24,600 bases of DNA, taken from positions 1 through 24,600 of the forward strand of contig NW_021836416.1 in NCBI RefSeq assembly GCF_006345805.1, read 5' to 3'. The stretch's first letter is position 1, and the number at the start of each line of letters is the position of its first letter. The DNA is from Octopus sinensis. Its lineage: Eukaryota. The notes below the pieces were generated by a model. The model was not told the origin of the DNA. It worked only from the letters and a program-made list of their open reading frames with translations, and searched no databases. Below, one piece after another: positions 11,259 to 21,839 of this stretch. The position numbers and the translations under genes were made by a program.

Positions 11259-12096
11259 TATATGTTATATGCATATATGTATTATATACGTACATAAACA
11301 CATACGTGTATATGCATTCAGTAAGTTAAGTTATCTTCAGATTCCTCTATACAATTAATGTTTAGTTTTGTGTGATAAGAATATATCCTCGGTTCTAGAT
11401 ATTTGCATTTTGTTTCCAGATTTACTTTTAGTCACGTACTCTATGCTTCGCCGTGTTACATGCTTTCACTTCCTCCCTTGCTCTTCAGTTTCCTTCCTTC
11501 ATCTCACTATAATGTATATGTGTGTGTATTTGTGTGTTCGGTTGTGTGTGTGTTGTGTATGGACGTGTGTGCATGTGAGAGAGAGCGAAAGTTAAGATTT
11601 GTTTTTATATATAATCAAATCTTTCCTTCAACCTCTCAGGCTTAAAATATTCTGGTTATCTCTTTCCCAAATGCCTTCCTTAATTCAATACTCTTTTATA
11701 TCTTCTATTTGCAGTCTTACACACCATACATTATACATTTTTTTCACTTCTTTCAACTCAGTATATGCAATTTGGTTTTAACCCCCCCATACAGCCTATA
11801 ACTCCCTACAAATGCAGTTCGGTTTTGTTTTCAAGACAAATGACATTGCTACCTCCAAGCTCCCCATAACAATATTCTACAAGATTTTTCGCCTCTCACA
11901 AGGTGAAATATCTATGTCTGACCAAAATCTCGCTCGACAAACAAAAAAAAAAAAGAAACTACAGTTGAATCCACAGTCAGGCATTTTCAGCACTTGAACC
12001 AACAACATATAAATGTTGGAACTTTTCTCCATAGATGAAAATGATAGCGGGTCATACTCTCTGATGAAGTCGTATACCGGAAGCAGCGGCATCGCA

Positions 12097-12390
12097 ACGA
12101 TGTGTAGCTTTCTGGTTGGGGTATGCGGCTCATGGTCATGAGGTCGTGACCTCCATTCCTGGTGGCACATCGGGTCCTTTAGCAAGATTGGTAAAAATGC
12201 GTTAGACCTTTAATTCAAATGACAGACTTGTCATATCCCGTATCACGCTGAATCTCCCTGAGGCCTATGATAAGGTTACGCGTGTCAGTGAAGTGCTCAG
12301 CTACTTTTATATTAATCGCACAAGCAGATTCTTTCGTTCATTCGATCAACTAGAACACTCGTTGTTACAATCGACGGAGATCCAGTTTTA
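12097..12390 (+). mobile_element. SINE family B, degenerate
   Basis: GGTATGCGGCTCATGGTCATGAGGTCGTG head remnant. TCACGCTGAATCTCCCTGAG...GTGCTCAGC...GATCAACTAGAAC corresponds to the reverse complement of 3241-3562. Confidence 0.7.
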
Positions 12391-14256
12391 ATTAGCTGGT
12401 ATACTATCCACTAAATTGATACTATATTGCTTTCACTAAGTCGTACTTTAACGAGCGTGGAAAAGCGGAATTTTAATGCAGCAAAAAAGTCCAGTATACA
12501 TAACTGTTTGCAATTCCGTCCAGTATTCGCACAATTCTTTCTAACCATCATATCTCTAAGTTAGAATTAATCCTGAATCATCGGATATTGGATGAATTCA
12601 TTTATAAATAAATGAATTTATTAATAAAATAAATAAATAAGACTGAATAGGCATAAGAATACTTGTGTGCATATTTCTACAATATGTAATGCCAATGATT
12701 AAGCTAAAAATGTATAGATATATTTCCATTGTAGAATATAGCATTGAAGCAAAACGCTCTCAATATATCAATCATTTATTGAAGACTTAGCTTCCAAGAA
12801 TGCCATATATACAGAATTTCTTTGATACAGTTTGCTGAAAATCTTCATAATAATGTGCTAATATATTTATTATATTCGTGAACAGATGAAGAGAGAACGC
12901 AGTTGCTGATGAAATTCCAACACAAAAATTGTCACGATTTTGGTTGTTCTTTCGTTTCCTGTTCAAAAAAGATTTTACAGTCAAGGATTTTAACCCTGTC
13001 TCTTTCTATATTTCTTTCTCAATACACCCCCCCACACACACACACGTATATATATATATATATATATATAACTAGATAGATTACGTATGTAGATGTAGAT
13101 ATGCATAAATTTCAGACACCTGTATATGCATAAGCATATGTATAGTATATCTTATATATATATATATATACACACAAATTGAGATAGGGGTTGTAAATGC
13201 AACCCTCTATAGGATAACATATATCCAATATACTACAGAATTGAGTATTATCTGGTAATTGATATTTGATTTAGATGTATTTCTCCATTTTCTTATCTTG
13301 TATATATATATATATATATATACAAAGAGCAATAAAGATTCAAGTTAATTTATATATATATATATATATAATTAGATACATTGCGTATATAGATATGCAT
13401 ATAATTTACACGCCTATATATGTATAAGCATATGTATAGTATATCTTATATGTATACTGTGTTATCAAGTATATATATATACTTCGGGAATACGCACACA
13501 TAAGTATGTCATCTTCTCAACGAAATAGAGGCAATGCCCATGATATTTGCAGGTTCAAGTAAATTGATGAAATCGATATGGCAAATGTCTAAATTTAGGC
13601 ATATTACAGACACTAATCGATAACCATTAACGACCAGCAAAAACTGTTAGGAAACGCTGATATTGTTATAGTCTTGCAGTCCTAATTTCTCTTAGAGAGA
13701 AAAGAAACATATGTAACGAAAGTGTGGCTTACGTAAAGTTTCGATTTCTTGGTTGAAAGCAGTGAAGCCTTGTTAATGTTCTTACTTTGCCGATAAAAGA
13801 GAACACCCTATGCCTGGCATTCTGCTAATGCGTTCGCTTTCTGTCAAGGTTAGAAGAAAACGTGAAGATATATACAGAGAGAGAGAGAGAGAACGTGGGG
13901 GAACCGGCTTAATGCGAGGAGAAGAGAGGAAACGTGAAAAATTATTGTCACGATTCATGATTATGTAAGTTATATAACATATTTAATAAGGTTTCTTTTT
14001 GTTCTTGGCTTTCCTCGTGTCTGGTTTTCTTTACTTGTCTTCAATTCAATTACGTTAGTTACAAATCTTAACGCTAGCCTAAATTTACCCAAATGAGTCC
14101 ACTGCGTTATTTATCCGTGTGACAGTCACAATAATTGATACTTTGCTTTAACTGAAACACTTTGGGTGCGATTCATACAAGAAAACATGGTAATTGAGTT
14201 TTATTGCGTACGATGTTAGTTTCATATATCATTTCTTAAATATAGTGCAAAATAGA

Positions 14257-14878
14257 GGTTAGAAGCGATGAAATTGAGGGTGCGAAAGAATACGTCTGCC
14301 GAAGGCACACAGTAAATATGCTCCGTTCCATCCAGCCCTTATTCGCAAAGAAAATATGGTCTAGATGCAAAGTTTTCACTCAATAAAGGATGTGCTCAAA
14401 ACAACGCTAGACTGTATATTATGTGTCAGAGTCTTTAATAGCAACGTTCTACCCGCGATCTTATAAGCAAGTGAGATATGAGCTACTGCGAAGAAGGTAA
14501 AACCATCGAATGACTACGACGCAAGGGGCCATGGAAAGATCCATGCTAGGAATATCGCTACGAGTGTCTATTCGAAACGAGGCAATTCGAGAACAGAGTG
14601 GAGTGAACGGTCTGATCGCAGAGTACTTAAAGCACATTTTCCACTGGGTCGGACATGTCCCGAGATTCGCAGACAACAGGTAGACCCATGCGGTTCACAA
14701 ATGCTAACCAAGAGATCGCAAAAATGTCACTTGGATGGCCTCTACGACGAAAGAAAGTCGATCTGGTTAAGCAATTTGCGCCATAATGGAAAGGAAAAGC
14801 GCAATGTTCAGAGAATTGGAAACGCATTGTGACCAGCGATATATAATACGACCTGATAGTTTAACTGATACAATAATA
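14257..14878 (+). mobile_element. 5'-truncated, decayed RTE-clade LINE (reverse-transcriptase C-terminal region and 3' end)
   Basis: Translation across stops and frameshifts gives FNSNVLPAIL*ASEI*AT / RMTTTQGAMERSMLGISLRVSIRNEAIREQSGV...FHWVGHVPRFADNR*THAV..*PRDRK. This matches the conserved RTE motifs VLP..LY.SETW, AMER.MLG.SL.D.IRNE.IR and W.W.GHV.R..D.RW. Confidence 0.85.
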
Positions 14879-15687
14879 GAGTGATATATAATGCAAATAG
14901 AAATCAAGTAATTCTTAATTTGATCCGCGTGTTTATTTCATCTTTTTAGACTTGGAATCGAAGAGGGACCCCACGCTATTTTGGGCCTTGCTACCCAGAA
15001 GATAAAACATGAAGGATTACTTTTGTGCACAACACAGCATATATTAGAAATTTCGAAAATGTTAATACAAGTATAAAAATAGCTTCTTTTTATATTTCGT
15101 TTTTGGATTTGGTTTGCAAGATTCTTTATATGAATTCGTGTGTTGAAGAATATTCTGTTATGTCTGGGGAGCGTCATTTTCTTTTCGTACCTTATTATGA
15201 AACACTCACCGGTAAAATTTCCATTTTTTCCTATTTTTATTGTCCTAAAATTTTCGTTGCGTCTTGCAACCTTTTCAATAGTTTTGTCTCATTGTAATAT
15301 TAATCAAATATGAATACTATTGTGTATCTTTCCGTCGACAGATATGCAGGGGGTGGTTATCTCAACTAGTTTCCTGTCAATCTGGAGATTAATCGATGAA
15401 AGATTCATCTCATTTTCTCACAAAGATGTCGTATCATTTAGCTTTTTCATGCCAAACCTAATCCAGGATTAAACAAAATAATCCTATACATTCGCATCAA
15501 TTTCAGTTCAATACAAACGTTTTTTAATTAATTAGTGACTTACACTTGAAAATCCAATATATTTGATACAGGTCAACCAAAATATTTTCCGATATACGAT
15601 TTCCTACAAATTGTAGTCGAATGAAAAGTTACATAAAATGTGTTTTATTGTTTACTCATTAGCGTTGGTGATGTAGGAATTGTCTTG

Positions 15688-15880
15688 CACACTTTGTGGT
15701 AAGCAGTTTGCTTGCCAACTTTATAGTAGCACCTTAGTATTTGCTTTCCAGCCTTATCGTAGAAGAAACTTGCTGAAGGTGCCACGTATTGGCTTCATGA
15801 GCAAGTATCTTCTACTATGGCCCCAGAACGGCCAGAACTTTGAGTGGATTTGGTAGACGGAAACTGAAAGAAGCTCGTCG
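15688..15880 (+). mobile_element. rearranged SINE family A head fragment
   Basis: GTGGTAAGCAGTTTGCTTGCCAAC ... GAGTGGATTTGGTAGACGGAAACTGAAAGAAGCTCGTCG, with an internal inverted segment. Confidence 0.7.
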
Positions 15881-15930
15881 TGTGTGTATATTTATAAAAA
15901 TGTGTGGGTGTGTGTTTTATATGCATGTGT

Positions 15931-16161
15931 TTGAGTGGGATGGGCTACTCGACCTGAAGAGAATTCTAACTGGGCCCCACCTGCAAGGTCATGCGCTGTT
16001 TATCGTGATATGAGATCACCATGTCACGCACATATGGTTGTGATGGTTGTGCCTGGTATAATCTTATCAGACGGGTAGTGATGATGGGTATACTGGGATT
16101 CGTTTTACCCCAGTGTCACTTTGATGGCAGGCACTGCTCTCTAACTCAATAATAATAATAT
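15931..16161 (+). mobile_element. retroposon family D, 5'-truncated
   Basis: GGGATGGGCTACTCGACCTGAAGAG...CCCCAGTGTCACTTTGATGGC...CTC(AAT)4 is the reverse complement of 7681-7905. Confidence 0.8.
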
Positions 16162-16393
16162 TGGGAACTGCTCATATCCTACGCAAAATACTTTCTATGT
16201 AATCTCAAGTTTTAAAACAAACAATTTTCGGATGGTATTTTTAAGACATTCACTAGTACAACACTAAATACAAAACTAAATATATGGCACCTTAGGCATA
16301 ACACGAACAAGAACTTCCAACTTGTTGTCTCTTGAGGTCTCTGGGTGAGACTTGGAGCCAACTTGTACAAATGTAAAGCAAAAGTCAAACATG

Positions 16394-16410
16394 TAATAAT
16401 AATAATAATG

Positions 16411-16460
<50 letters not shown>
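16394..16460. repeat. (AAT)n microsatellite
   Basis: Direct reading of the sequence. Confidence 0.95.
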
Positions 16461-16461
<1 letters not shown>

Positions 16462-16939
16462 GTATACAGCATGCTTATTGGCAACTGCTGACGCATTACG
16501 AAGAGATCTAGAATAGTAGATTGACTAATATGAATCGAAAAGTGAACAAGAAAGTAACTTGATATCTAAAGCTAGCAGTTGTAGTCAGCTATTGGAGAGA
16601 AAAGTGACCAGGTTATACGAACCATCCTAAGAAATACCAAAAAAAAAAAAAAAGAAACAATGATAATATTAATCACATTTCTGATAGTGAAACCCTTTCA
16701 TTGTCATCATGACCTGACAATAACTTAAGCTTAAACTTAAGACAGCTGGAGACACAAATATCTCCGTTGTTTTTCCCCCATGGCTGTAAAACGTTACCGT
16801 GTTTTGCCATCAATTGGAAGTAGTAAATTTTGGTCTGATTTATATCTCCTTTGTATTGAAAAACGTTGAAAATAAATCAATAAGAACCAACTTTTACTTT
16901 TACTGTCGAAACTTGGCAATGCTTTTAAAGCCTTTGCAG

Positions 16940-17151
16940 ATGGAATTGTCAAACACTTCTACACACCCCACCACCGCCATCAACAACAACAACAACAACA
17001 ACGAACACTCGAATCAGATACAGCTATTACGCATACATATGCACTTCAAGACGAAGAAAAGAAGAAGAAGAAGAAGAAGAAAGAAGAAGAAAGAAAAAAA
17101 CAAAGGAAATTATTACAGTTCGGTGATTTAAACACACGACGTGTTGCATGA
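16940..17151 (+). CDS. weak candidate exon (poly-Q, Lys/Glu-rich)
   Basis: CTTTGCAG acceptor, then open frame [69 protein letters not shown]. The frame is partly made of microsatellites. Confidence 0.2.
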
Positions 17152-17175
17152 GCTCAGAATTAATCACTGCTTTGA

Positions 17176-17214
<39 letters not shown>

Positions 17215-17225
17215 CACAAGTGTGT

Positions 17226-17267
<42 letters not shown>

Positions 17268-17313
17268 CATACATACATACATACACACGCATGTATATAT
17301 ATATATATATATG

Positions 17314-17358
<45 letters not shown>

Positions 17359-17519
17359 CAGATATACATATCAGCACACATAAATGTGTGTGTATGTATA
17401 TATATATATATAAATATATAGATATATGTGTGTGTGTGTGTGTTTGTATGTATATCTTTATGTATGCATACACACTTATATTTACACAGAGGATGATGCA
17501 CAAAATACGCACATGCATT

Positions 17520-17562
<43 letters not shown>

Positions 17563-17640
17563 ACACCCATGTGTGCGTGCGAGTGTATGCGCGAGTGTAT
17601 GCGCGAGTGTGTGTGTGTGTGTGTGTGTGTGTGAGTGTTT
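17176..17640. repeat. compound (TA)n/(TG)n tract
   Basis: Direct reading of the sequence. Confidence 0.95.
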
Positions 17641-17923
17641 GTATTTGAGAGAATACGTGGAAGACAGAAAAAGAGTCTATCCACTCTCTTTGATTGAAAC
17701 GATAAACGTTTTCTTCTCTGATGTTGTCCATTTTATTTTGGCAATGGAAACGAATTTGTTTTACCCTCGGTGGGACCAAAACAAGACATTTATTTATTTG
17801 TTTACTCATATATGCATTTATTCGGCTACTATTTTGCCGAAGTCTGTTGGCCACAAAGTTATGTATCGTATTAATTTCTTTATTTCTTAGAATGTAGTTC
17901 AAGGAGAGAAGAGGTTATATATA

Positions 17924-18134
17924 CGTGAGCGTGCTGAAAAATTTCTGGGTCCAGGTAAAAGAAAATACAGGAGATTCGGTTAATTATGATTTTTGCAACA
18001 TATTCCCCTCTCAGTTTCACGTAGGGATCCATAAGTTTTTTTTTCTAAGCCCTGTAAGAGAACTCGGACGTTTGGGCCCCCAATCAATCCTTTCGTGATA
18101 CCCTTCAAACCAGGACCTATTCGGCACATCCTCG
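17924..18134. mobile_element. Tc1/mariner-type MITE, copy 1
   Basis: TA on both sides. Imperfect TIRs CGTGAGCGTGCTGAAAAATTTCTGG / (rc) CGAGGATGTGCCGAATAGGTCCTGG. The interior aligns with the reverse complement of 19855-20075. Confidence 0.75.
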
Positions 18135-18574
18135 TATAAACAGGTATAACACCAACTGTCCAGATTTTCGGGCACTAAGGATCTGGAACCTGGGTGTAGT
18201 TTTAGTCTTTTGCTTGTAAAATACTTTTCTCAAATGAGTCATGTCCGAAGAAAGGGACTACGTTAGAATCTAAAAGATATGGGTTAGATCCGAGTGCTAC
18301 TGCATCCAATTTTGGTAAAAACAGACGCGACAAGTTATAATTGCACACATGAAGCAGTGTATTACATAATCTACAGTTTCTCCCACGTTAATTTGGAGAC
18401 TAATTGCATCCCTCGGAAAATAATATTAATTAATATTGCTGATAATTATTTATGTCTTGAAAGGATTTTGTGATTCTTAGCATCCGGTTGAAAGTTAATA
18501 AACTCTTATTGCTCTCGAATGCTTGCGGTGGAATATTAATATGTAAAGTTATATATCTATAAATATATGTCCTT

Positions 18575-18810
18575 TATCGTTTACTTATTTACTAAGGCCA
18601 TGCTGGGGCACAGTCTTGAAGAAATTTTAGCCGAATGAATCGACCCCAGGAATCATTTTTATGCTTCTTCTGTTTTATCGTACTTATTCTATCATTCTCT
18701 TTTGCCGGTCCGCTATGTTAAGGGGACGTAAACACACTGAAACCGGTTGCCAAGAGGTAGTGGGGAACAAACAAGCAAAAAAGTAAGCACACCCACGCAA
18801 AGACACACAT
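18575..18810 (-). mobile_element. degenerate SINE family A-like 3' module
   Basis: GGCCATGCTGGGGCAC...TCGACCCCAGG...GTACTTATTCTATC...GGGGACGTAAACACAC is the reverse complement of the family A tail. Confidence 0.7.
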
Positions 18811-18814
18811 AAGT

Positions 18815-19049
18815 ACGTAAAAATAGCATCGGACGTTTCGGACGTTAGTCCGACGTCAGGAGAGCGAGGGAGAAGCAGAAGGTGACTGAGGAAGATAGTC
18901 AATGAAAAGGTGTTGGAAACCAAGGGATAATCGCCAGCTAAGTGGGAGTTAAGCTGGAGGTAAACATAGTTGTACATAGTCGTAAAACACATTTTATCTC
19001 TGAAACAGGTAGCATCGTCAGTAGCTTCTTCGTCTAAGTGTGGTACGTA

Positions 19050-19052
<3 letters not shown>
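18815..19052 (-). mobile_element. putative Penelope-like element 3' relic with a degenerate hammerhead
   Basis: The minus strand reads: a decayed frame ...EIKCVLRLCT...(LN) weakly like a GIY-YIG C-terminus, then a pyrimidine tract, then CTGACGTCGGACTAACGTCCGAAACGTC. Confidence 0.45.
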
Positions 19053-19092
<40 letters not shown>

Positions 19093-19164
19093 GTGCATGC
19101 GATCACGTGTGAAATCATGATTAAGGGTTTTGTACTGTCATGTGTGTGTGTGTGTGTGTGTGTA

Positions 19165-19350
19165 TAGGGAGAGTTTACGAAAAAAACAAAAGACGAAGAC
19201 AGGTGGTGAACAAAACAGATGTATTAGTATAACGCTCAGGAATAGAAAAAAGTATTTTACGTTTCGAGCCTACGCTCTTCTACAGAAAGGGACACAGAAA
19301 AAACAAGGGGAGAAAAAAATGCCTGTAGTGGCAAACGATCTATCATGGCG
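19165..19350 (-). mobile_element. ~200-bp hammerhead-carrying repeat, copy 2
   Basis: Reverse-complement homolog of 2390-2590, lying between a (TG)n/TA tract and the (GATA)n array. Confidence 0.7.
19253..19290 (-). ncRNA. minimal hammerhead-like motif (A6U variant), copy 2
   Basis: Minus strand CCUUU CUGUAGA A GAGC-GUAG-GCUC GAA ACGU A AAAUA. Stem I is reduced to 3 bp. Confidence 0.5.
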
Positions 19351-19355
19351 ACTAT

Positions 19356-19405
<50 letters not shown>

Positions 19406-19491
19406 TAATAGACAGACAGACAGATAGAGATTTATAGATAGATAGATTAATAGACAGACAGACAGATAGAGATTTATAGATAGATAGATTA

Positions 19492-19589
<98 letters not shown>

Positions 19590-19738
19590 GATAGATAGAT
19601 AGATAGATAGATAGATTATAGACAGACAGACAGATAGAGATTTATAGATAGATAGATTAATAGACAGACAGACAGATAGAGATTTATAGATAGATAGATT
19701 AATAGACAGACAGACAGACAGACAGACAACAGACAGAC

Positions 19739-19827
<89 letters not shown>
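19356..19827. repeat. (GATA)n/(GACA)n array with 42-bp and ~210-bp higher-order periodicity
   Basis: GAGATTTATA marker at 19427, 19469, 19637 and 19679. Confidence 0.95.
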
Positions 19828-19854
19828 CACGCAGTCATTATGCACACACACTTA

Positions 19855-20075
19855 AGGGGGTGATAAAAAGTTCCTGGCTTTAAGGGTGTCGCGAAAGGCC
19901 TGGCTGGGGTACCGACGTTCCGAGTTCTCTTAAGGGGCTTAGAAAGTTTGAAAAACTGCTGAAATACATCTGAATTTGAGAAGGGGATATGTGGAATAAA
20001 ATCGTAATTGATCCTCCTTATCTCCCTGTATTTGCTTTTACCCTAAACCAGGAACTTTTCAGCCTCCACTCCATG
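19855..20075. mobile_element. Tc1/mariner-type MITE, copy 2 (opposite orientation to copy 1)
   Basis: TA flanks (19853-19854, 20076-20077). TIR cores AAAAGTTCCTGGCTTTA and TAAACCAGGAACTTTT. Confidence 0.8.
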
Positions 20076-20837
20076 TATGTGTGCGTGTGTGTGTATTTCT
20101 ATAGATATTCTCATCCAAGATGGGGACGAGTACCAATGTTCCGTGTGATATCTTTCAGCATGAGACCTATGGTAGCCTCCTTAACACACAAAGAAAGAAC
20201 ATTTATCCACCTATAAAGTGTTGAGCGGACACTCTCACTATTCGATATTAGCGCGTGTATAATTTTCCTTGTGTGTGTGAGTATGTTTGTGTGTGTGTGT
20301 GTGTGTGTCTGTCTGTCTGTCTCTGTGTTTTGAGATAACAAGTTGCAAACGAAAACACACCAATAACAGCCGTACTGCTGTCATCGTCATAATTGTCAGA
20401 TTCAGTGCAACAAGTTGTTTCCGTGCGATGTCAAGAACTTCAATTAAAATAGAAATCATCCGATTTTCTCCATGGTATTTTATTCTCGAGAGCTTTACCA
20501 AAATTACCATAACAGTATAATAATTATCGTATACGTAAACAATTTCATATGAATTTCTCATTACAACAAGTCCGAACACAATAATAATAATAGTTTTGCC
20601 GTTTTTGTTTTCTGTTTTTTATTTATTTATTTTTTTAATTATCAATTTTAAGTACGGAAGTAAGCATTGATATAAAAGTTTAATTTCCTGTTCCCCAATG
20701 ATATTCAGCTGTTAGCTGACGTATTTCTGTCAGTTATCAAAAATCTCTTTCTTTCTTTTTTTCTTTCTTTTTTCTTATACATTATTCAGAAATATTGTAA
20801 TTTAGTTCGTGTCTTATCATTATTATTATTATTATTA

Positions 20838-21040
20838 AGGCGATGAGCTGGCATAACCGTTAGGACGCTGGACGAAATGATTAGTGGTATTCTGCTTGTC
20901 GCTACGTTCTGAGTTCAAATTCCGCCGTGGTCGACTTCGCCTTTCATGATCGATCAAAATAAGTTCCAGTTAAGCACTGAGGTCGATGTAATCCACTCAT
21001 CCCCACCCACCCCCCTAAGCTGTTCTTGTGGCAAAAATTT
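20838..21040 (+). mobile_element. SINE family C
   Basis: AGGCGATGAGCTGGCATAACCGTTAGG...GTTCTGAGTTCAAATTCCGCCGTGGTCGACTTCGCCTTTCAT, preceded by (TTA)n. Confidence 0.85.
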
Positions 21041-21839
21041 ATAATAATAATAATTTTAATTATCATTATTATCATTATTATTCCAATGCATGGTGTTGAT
21101 TTTGACTGAATCATGAAGCGAGTCTCTACAACCTTGAAATAGCAGCTAAACGCCCCTCAAACGAAATGCGCAGCCATGTTTATGTGATTAATGATACCAT
21201 CGCATCAACATAGTGTCCGTATTTAATGCTACTGCGTGAGGCATTGGCGAAGCTATTTCAAAGCATTTGTTCAAAACATCTTATCAATGCCTCCTCGGAT
21301 AAAATAAAGTGATCGAGTGGATAATTTTTCTTGTGATCACAGGTTCTGAAATAACCATTTGGCCCTTGAGAAGAGGCGACTATAGAGCGCTCGTTCGGAT
21401 CAATTTTCTTCTTGCAGTCATTTCCCCAGCAAATTCTCTTCCTCTTCTCGAGAAACTAAATAAGTCAGCAGATTGATGGGCGAATTGATCGAAATATCCC
21501 TGGCAAATAGAAATATATTGAAATGATACAGTGTTTCCCTCTTGAATTCAGATGCATTACAGACATACGGCTGTATATCAGGATCGTGCTCATATTTTAT
21601 AAGCTTCATTTCCCCATATCAAATTTGTCGATGTAGGTAATCTACGTTTATGATTGACCTGCTAGATATTAGAGACACGTCTCGTTAAAGTTGAGGAAAT
21701 TTACTTTTAATATAAATAATATGTTTCCAGCGTCCAGTCATGTTCGAAAGAAGTTTGCCCGGCGTGCTAAAAACTCTTCCAATTCACCTCCTTAGTAATA
21801 CTTTCTGTGATAGTACAACGCCTGAAATCGTGAAGTGGG

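Noticed and set aside
11877-12185. 102-aa minus ORF, and a plus-strand acceptor giving (D)ENDSGSYSLMKSYTG
   Set aside because: Both run into the family B SINE at 12097, and the ORF also crosses a poly-A run; no supported donor lies outside the repeat.
7280-13790. Several 8-12-mers (AAGTTTCGATT, ATTTCTTGGTTG, TTAATGTTCTT, GAAGCCTT) shared between about 7280-7355 and about 13735-13790
   Set aside because: The order is scrambled and there is no collinear alignment; treated as coincidence in AT-rich DNA, although the clustering is odd.
15150-15300. Segment that looks like a dispersed repeat (ACTCACCGGTAAAATTTCC...CGTTGCGTCTTGCAACC), with a minus-strand GTGAGT donor
   Set aside because: It is single-copy in this window with no termini or target-site duplication I can define, so it cannot be supported from the sequence alone.
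18684-19118. 144-aa minus ORF
   Set aside because: It is a chimeric read-through of (TA)n, the Penelope-like relic and a SINE tail.
19385-19720. Regularly spaced 42-bp repeats suggestive of a CRISPR array
   Set aside because: There are no unique spacers and no cas genes; this is eukaryotic satellite DNA.
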